From Eutreptiella sp. 'Long Island Sound 2002' (taxonomy: Eukaryota; Protista; Euglenida), in the NCBI GenBank assembly GCA_964036045.1, contig OZ038379.1, positions 25,792,001 through 25,856,000 of the forward strand: a stretch of 64,000 nt of DNA. Reading direction: 5' to 3'. A model generated the notes under the pieces. The model searched no databases and was not told where the DNA came from. It saw only the letters and a list, made by a program, of their open reading frames with translations. Position numbers and translations under genes: made by a program. Of the stretch, positions 59,761 to 64,000 are shown piece by piece (the first letter of the stretch is position 1; the number at the start of each line of letters is the position of its first letter).

Positions 59761-62162
59761 AACTGTTGGATGCCAGCCTCTCTGAGGCGTACCCGCAGGT
59801 TGCATGTGGTTGACACAGCATCTATTGTGGAGGGAGACTAGTTGAGTGACAGGGATATTACAACATGGCTTACCGACAAGCTATGTCACAATGAAGTCGG
59901 TGAGCCGCGGGCATGGAGCATGGCGGTGACATATGTTGTGTACCGCCTACAAAAAATGAAGAAGAATAAAAGCGTTGTGGCAACCCATGGTGGTTTGGCT
60001 TGGTGGTGGAGCCACATATTTATTGTATGTAGTGATGATCGCGAAGGGCTCCATTAGTCTGTTTGTGCTATGGATGGCACTATGCTAGTATGGGCCTTCA
60101 AAGTGTGGATTTGGGGGCAACTGCTTGGCACCTCCTTGATTTAACCAATGTCGAAACACCTCCGTCAAAACGGGTTTTCTGCACATGCTCAGACTTTGGG
60201 TTTTCAATAGGATGGTTGGTCATATGGCTACCAATCTTTGCGATGGGTTCATTGCCCATCGGGTAAGCTTGGAGGACGTGGATGTTATCTTTACGCATTT
60301 GCCAGAAGAACTCATCCGAGAAGCAACGCGCATCATCAATGCGGATCCCTCAGTACGACTGCTCGGCGCTATCCCAGAAAATTGGTGGGAGGAGTGCTTG
60401 ATGAGTTGGAAAGCGACCTGCCCCAACCCCGCACTCCTCTGCCCCCTCTTACTCCACCATAGATGATGAAACTGTGCAGCCGTAGCATGCTGCAGCACCC
60501 GGTTTTTGGAGCTGCACATGGGGGTTTTGAAGCATGCCACAGCTTGCCGCAGCATGCCGCAGCACCAAGAATTTCGCTTTGTTTATGGTGACCAAAATTG
60601 GGCTTAGCAGGAATTGAACCAACTCATGTGAACTCTTGAACCATTGCATATACCACTATAGTAATGACTGCATTTGACGTGCAATTGTTCAAGGACCCTG
60701 TACAGACCAAGGGACGAAAACTTTTTTGGAAAATTGAGAGACATTTTGCATTTCTACATGATTTTAACTAAAGAGCAACATCAAGGAAGGTGCGTTTGGG
60801 GCCTGGGACAGAGATCCAGGTCAATGTGAAGCTGTTTTGCCTAAAAATTGGACCACCGGGTACCCACATTTGCAGGTTGAAGGATGCTGCAGCACAAGAA
60901 TTTTTTCCAAGCGGTTGCACATGCTTGCTCCAAAGCACCTATCCATCCATGGGTAGCAAGTCATGGTCCCCGAGGGGGTTTCAAAGGATGCACAGGGTCG
61001 GTTGGAGCGTGAACTAATGTTTATTGATGCCTTCACCAAGGACCCCAAACAGAATCTCTATCTGACTTGTGAGTGAAACACCAATCCATGTGCAAAGCCT
61101 AAGTCATCAGATTTGAAATGTGATATAATCTACAAACGTGTATTCTCCGACTTCCTGTAGTTGGTCCATGTTTCGTAGCACATTCTCCGCCTCCCTTCTC
61201 TCATCTCCTCTTCTCTCCTCTTCCCTCAAGTCACGTTCCATGCCACAGCTCCATTGCTTTACCTGTGCCGGAAGTACCCGAAATGTCCGTGGGAGCCATA
61301 TGCTTCACCTCCTCTATTAGCAAACCGGTTGTTGGAAGGTTCTTGTCATTCTCTTTTTTTTCTGAAAAAAAAAAAGTGCACCCGACTTATGCCACAAAAA
61401 AAGTTTTTGTCACTTACTGCCATATGCGGTTTATGCCAAAAAAAAAGGTGTACGTGACTTACACAAAAAAAAAACAACTTATGCGACTTACACTTTTTTC
61501 TGTAATCCGTCCCCGCTTTCCTTCTCTTTCTCTCTCTCTATGTGTGCTGAATGTGCTGGTGTCCAATGCACACAGCAAGCACATCCAAGTTGTACGAATT
61601 CTGTGAGCTGCACATTGTGCAATCATACCCCCTGCAAGTTGCAGCCGCCAAACACATGCATTGGGGCTCCCCAGTTTGAATCGATTAGCTGGTCACACAT
61701 GCAAAAGTATTATGCACAGATAGAAGTCCTAGCTGACCTTAAAGGTTGGCAGAGGTGACGTGGACTGGCATTCAAATTTTCAACAAAGACATTGATGCCA
61801 TTGTGTGTGGCGGGGTGCAGATTGGGCTCACCTTGGCAATGGCAATCGAACTGAGAGTGACCAAGGGTCGTCCAATGGGTTAGACACATATGTTTCTCTA
61901 CAGCGTACCTGGATGTCTTGTGTTGACCACAGTGGGTGTTGTATTGCAAGCCAAGGGCTGATGAGAGCCCTGCATTAGAGCTGGTGGGCTCGTGGGAAAG
62001 AGCATGCAATTTCGCGGGGCTTGCAAGTTTGGGACAATTTGAACTCAGTGCCCTCCCCCAGGCCTTTGACGGTTGTCCTTTTTGATGAGGGTGCTGCAGC
62101 TATCGAATAATGTGCGGCGGGTGCAATGCGGGGATGCAATCCGATCACCCTTTCGCACTCAG

Positions 62163-62351
62163 GCGAGGTTGCTGGCGCACGAGAAGGAGCTGGACACAAT
62201 TATGTCTCAGTGCGCAGAAGTCGTGTACGCAAGTTCTGAGGCAGCGGACACAGCAGCGGCCTGCGGACCCAAACTGGTGAAGCTGGAGGCCGAGCTGCGG
62301 CACTGCCTCCCCGCCAGTCCAATGTCGCTGGGAAGTGAACCTGCCTCGCCG
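62163..62351 (+). CDS. Dynein heavy chain exon, stalk CC1 (3' boundary uncertain)
   Basis: cactcag acceptor, phase 0; helical ARLLAHEKELDTIMSQC..PKLVKLEAELR; best donor GTGTGT at 62352 is phase 0. Confidence 0.65.
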
Positions 62352-62382
62352 GTGTGTGTCTGTGTGCCAGCGCGTGTGTTGT

Positions 62383-62578
62383 CTCTCCCCCTCCCCCTCC
62401 CTCTCCCTCTCCCTCTCCCTCTCCCTCTCCCTCTCCCTCTCCCTCTCCCTCTCCCTCTCCCTCTCCCTCTCCCTCTCCCTCTCCCCCTCCCTCTCCCTCT
62501 CCCTCTCCCTCTCCCCCTCCCTCTCCTTCTTCCTCTCCCTCTCCCTCTCCCTCTCCTTCTCTCTCTCTGTCTCTCTCT

Positions 62579-62628
<50 letters not shown>
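62383..62628. repeat. (CTCCCT)n followed by (CT)n and (GT)24
   Basis: Direct reading. Confidence 0.95.
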
Positions 62629-62630
<2 letters not shown>

Positions 62631-63351
62631 AGTAGCTGAAGTGCTCCGAGTGAAGGTCTACCAGAGCCCTGGGGCAAATGCGGGAGGTCTTTCTTTTCTT
62701 CTCCTGCTCGTGTGCTGCGGTGACACGTGTGTGGACTTGAGCCTCTTTTTTCCACTGCATTTTGCCGCTTCCACGTCCCCAGCAGTCCAGCCCACCTGTG
62801 GATGGCATCGAAGCCGTAAAGCTGGCACAAAATGTTTATGGGCCATTTCTTCTGGCCTTTGGGCCAGTTGCTCTGCGTAGCTGCACAGTCCAATCTGGAC
62901 GGTGCTATCGAAACTGCATACCCGGGGGGCCGGGAAACAGAGTCCGAAATTTTTGGACGCAATTTGCAATATGGGTTGTCGAGGGAATGTGTTTCCACAC
63001 GCACACAACATTCTGGGAAGGATCGGTCCTCTTTATGACCAAGCAGCCGTTGTGGGCCGACAGAAAGAAGCCCCCGTGGCTGACCCCATGCCTGCAGCTG
63101 CATCGTGTCAGTGATGGCTTTGCAATTCGGAAGTTGATGAAACGTCCTTTAGGGTCTGGCCGCCATACTCTCTCACCTTGCACCAGATTGTACAGGCCAC
63201 TTTGTTTTAGCCATCGCCACCCACACCACCAAACTGGTCCCGTACCCCTGGTGCCTGTCCAGAACACAGGGCTGATGGGAATGTCGTCCAAGGCCACACA
63301 CGCCGCACTCCTCAGGTCTCCTTTTCTGTCGACCCTGAGGCCGTTGTGCAG

Positions 63352-63727
63352 GCCCAAGACGAGGCAGACGAGGCAGACGAGGCGCTGCACAAAGCCCTGA
63401 AGAGCCTGAAGAAGGCTCAGCTGCAGCCGCTAAAGGCCCTGTCCTCTGCCGCACCCGTCGCCCATGGGACGAAGCTGGTGCTCGAGGCATATTGTTTGGC
63501 GCAGGGGCTGGCGTCACCGCAGGCTGTGGCCTGCAACGAGGTCGACGTGGGCGCCATCGTGGCCAAGGCCGCGGCCGACCCGGGGCCGTTCATGGCATCG
63601 CTCGCGGACATTGGAACGGTGCCGGAGGACGTGGCGGCAGCACTGGAGGAGCGTGTGGCATCGCCTGACTTCCGCAGCCCCGGCCGCGGGAAGGCTCTGC
63701 ACGTCGTTGCGCAGTACGTCATGGCAG
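63352..63727 (+). CDS. Dynein heavy chain exon, end of CC1 and microtubule-binding domain
   Basis: gtgcag acceptor; DEALHKALKSLKKAQLQPLKAL..KLVLEAYCL..DPGPFMASL..SPDF matches ALxxALxxLxKxDIxE..VKLVMEAVC..FLxSL..PDF; donor GTGTGC. Confidence 0.9.
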
Positions 63728-64000
63728 GTGTGCGCAGAGGGTGTTGGGGAAGGAGGGGACGCTTGGCAACCCGGTCAGGGGTGGGCAGGTGCCCTGACCA
63801 GTTTGGCCTCTGCTACCCCTTGCTATTGGCGGTCAAATGGCGGCCGTTGTCGGTTGACTGGATATCGACTTGGTGCCCAAATGCTATGGGGCGGTCTTTA
63901 ATTTGTCTTTTATGTGAGGGACAGGGTCTTTCATGAGACACACGCTTGTCTGCATGGGGCATCACTGGGGGAATGATGGGGTGGCACGGCAGAGAGGCAG

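Larger units (their letters stand above)
874..63727 (+). other. Divergent dynein heavy chain-like gene (partial; extends beyond both window edges), about 19 exons
   Basis: Exons join in phase through GT-AG introns into one ORF with dynein motifs in the canonical order: LRNPGIRERHW, KWMHLQELW, RRQTFPRLYF, LRYYW..YGLEFLG, GEAATGKS, WIHFDGPLD, LPPRLLRH, PHYAFGLR, WWHE..AFCDALV, then stalk and MTBD. Confidence 0.93.

Noticed and set aside
62633-62655. Candidate mini-exon (AEVLRVK) in the stalk
   Set aside because: It needs a weaker phase-1 donor at 62356 and has an atypical donor; there is no support without cDNA.
62200-63103. GE/RG/LP/SP-repeat ORFs
   Set aside because: They are translations of (CTCCCT)n and (GT)n.
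874-63727. The dynein gene as a pseudogene
   Set aside because: There are no in-frame stops or frameshifts over about 2,350 codons, and splice phases are consistent across introns up to 14.6 kb.
1-64000. Euglenid non-conventional introns and spliced-leader RNA gene
   Set aside because: All reconstructed introns are GT-AG and phase-consistent, and no SL exon-like sequence was seen by eye.

Overview
Eukaryotic, repeat-rich genomic DNA. The whole window lies inside one + strand gene, a highly divergent dynein heavy chain. I could rebuild about 19 phase-compatible GT-AG exons (about 7.07 kb, about 2,350 codons, 11% of the window). They run from the distal tail/linker (DHC_N2) through AAA1-AAA4 and the stalk to the microtubule-binding domain, and the gene continues beyond both edges. 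The reading frame is intact, yet the nucleotide-binding motifs are degenerate: AAA1 Walker A/B/sensor I, the AAA2 arginine finger, and the AAA3 and AAA4 P-loops. Only the AAA2 P-loop remains, which suggests a catalytically dead pseudo-dynein. Donor sites follow GTNTG rather than GTRAG, consistent with a euglenid-type genome (inference). The introns contain a 12.6-kb array of nine ~1.39-kb composite units, a 4.76-kb long-TIR foldback element, 85-bp satellites, a PIF/Harbinger transposase fragment, a SAP-domain ORF, an RNase H relic, a possible protein-primed PolB relic, a tandem 1.2-kb element embedded in telomeric repeats, and microsatellites. No CRISPR array, rRNA or intact tRNA was found. 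All calls come from manual reading; no database search was run.
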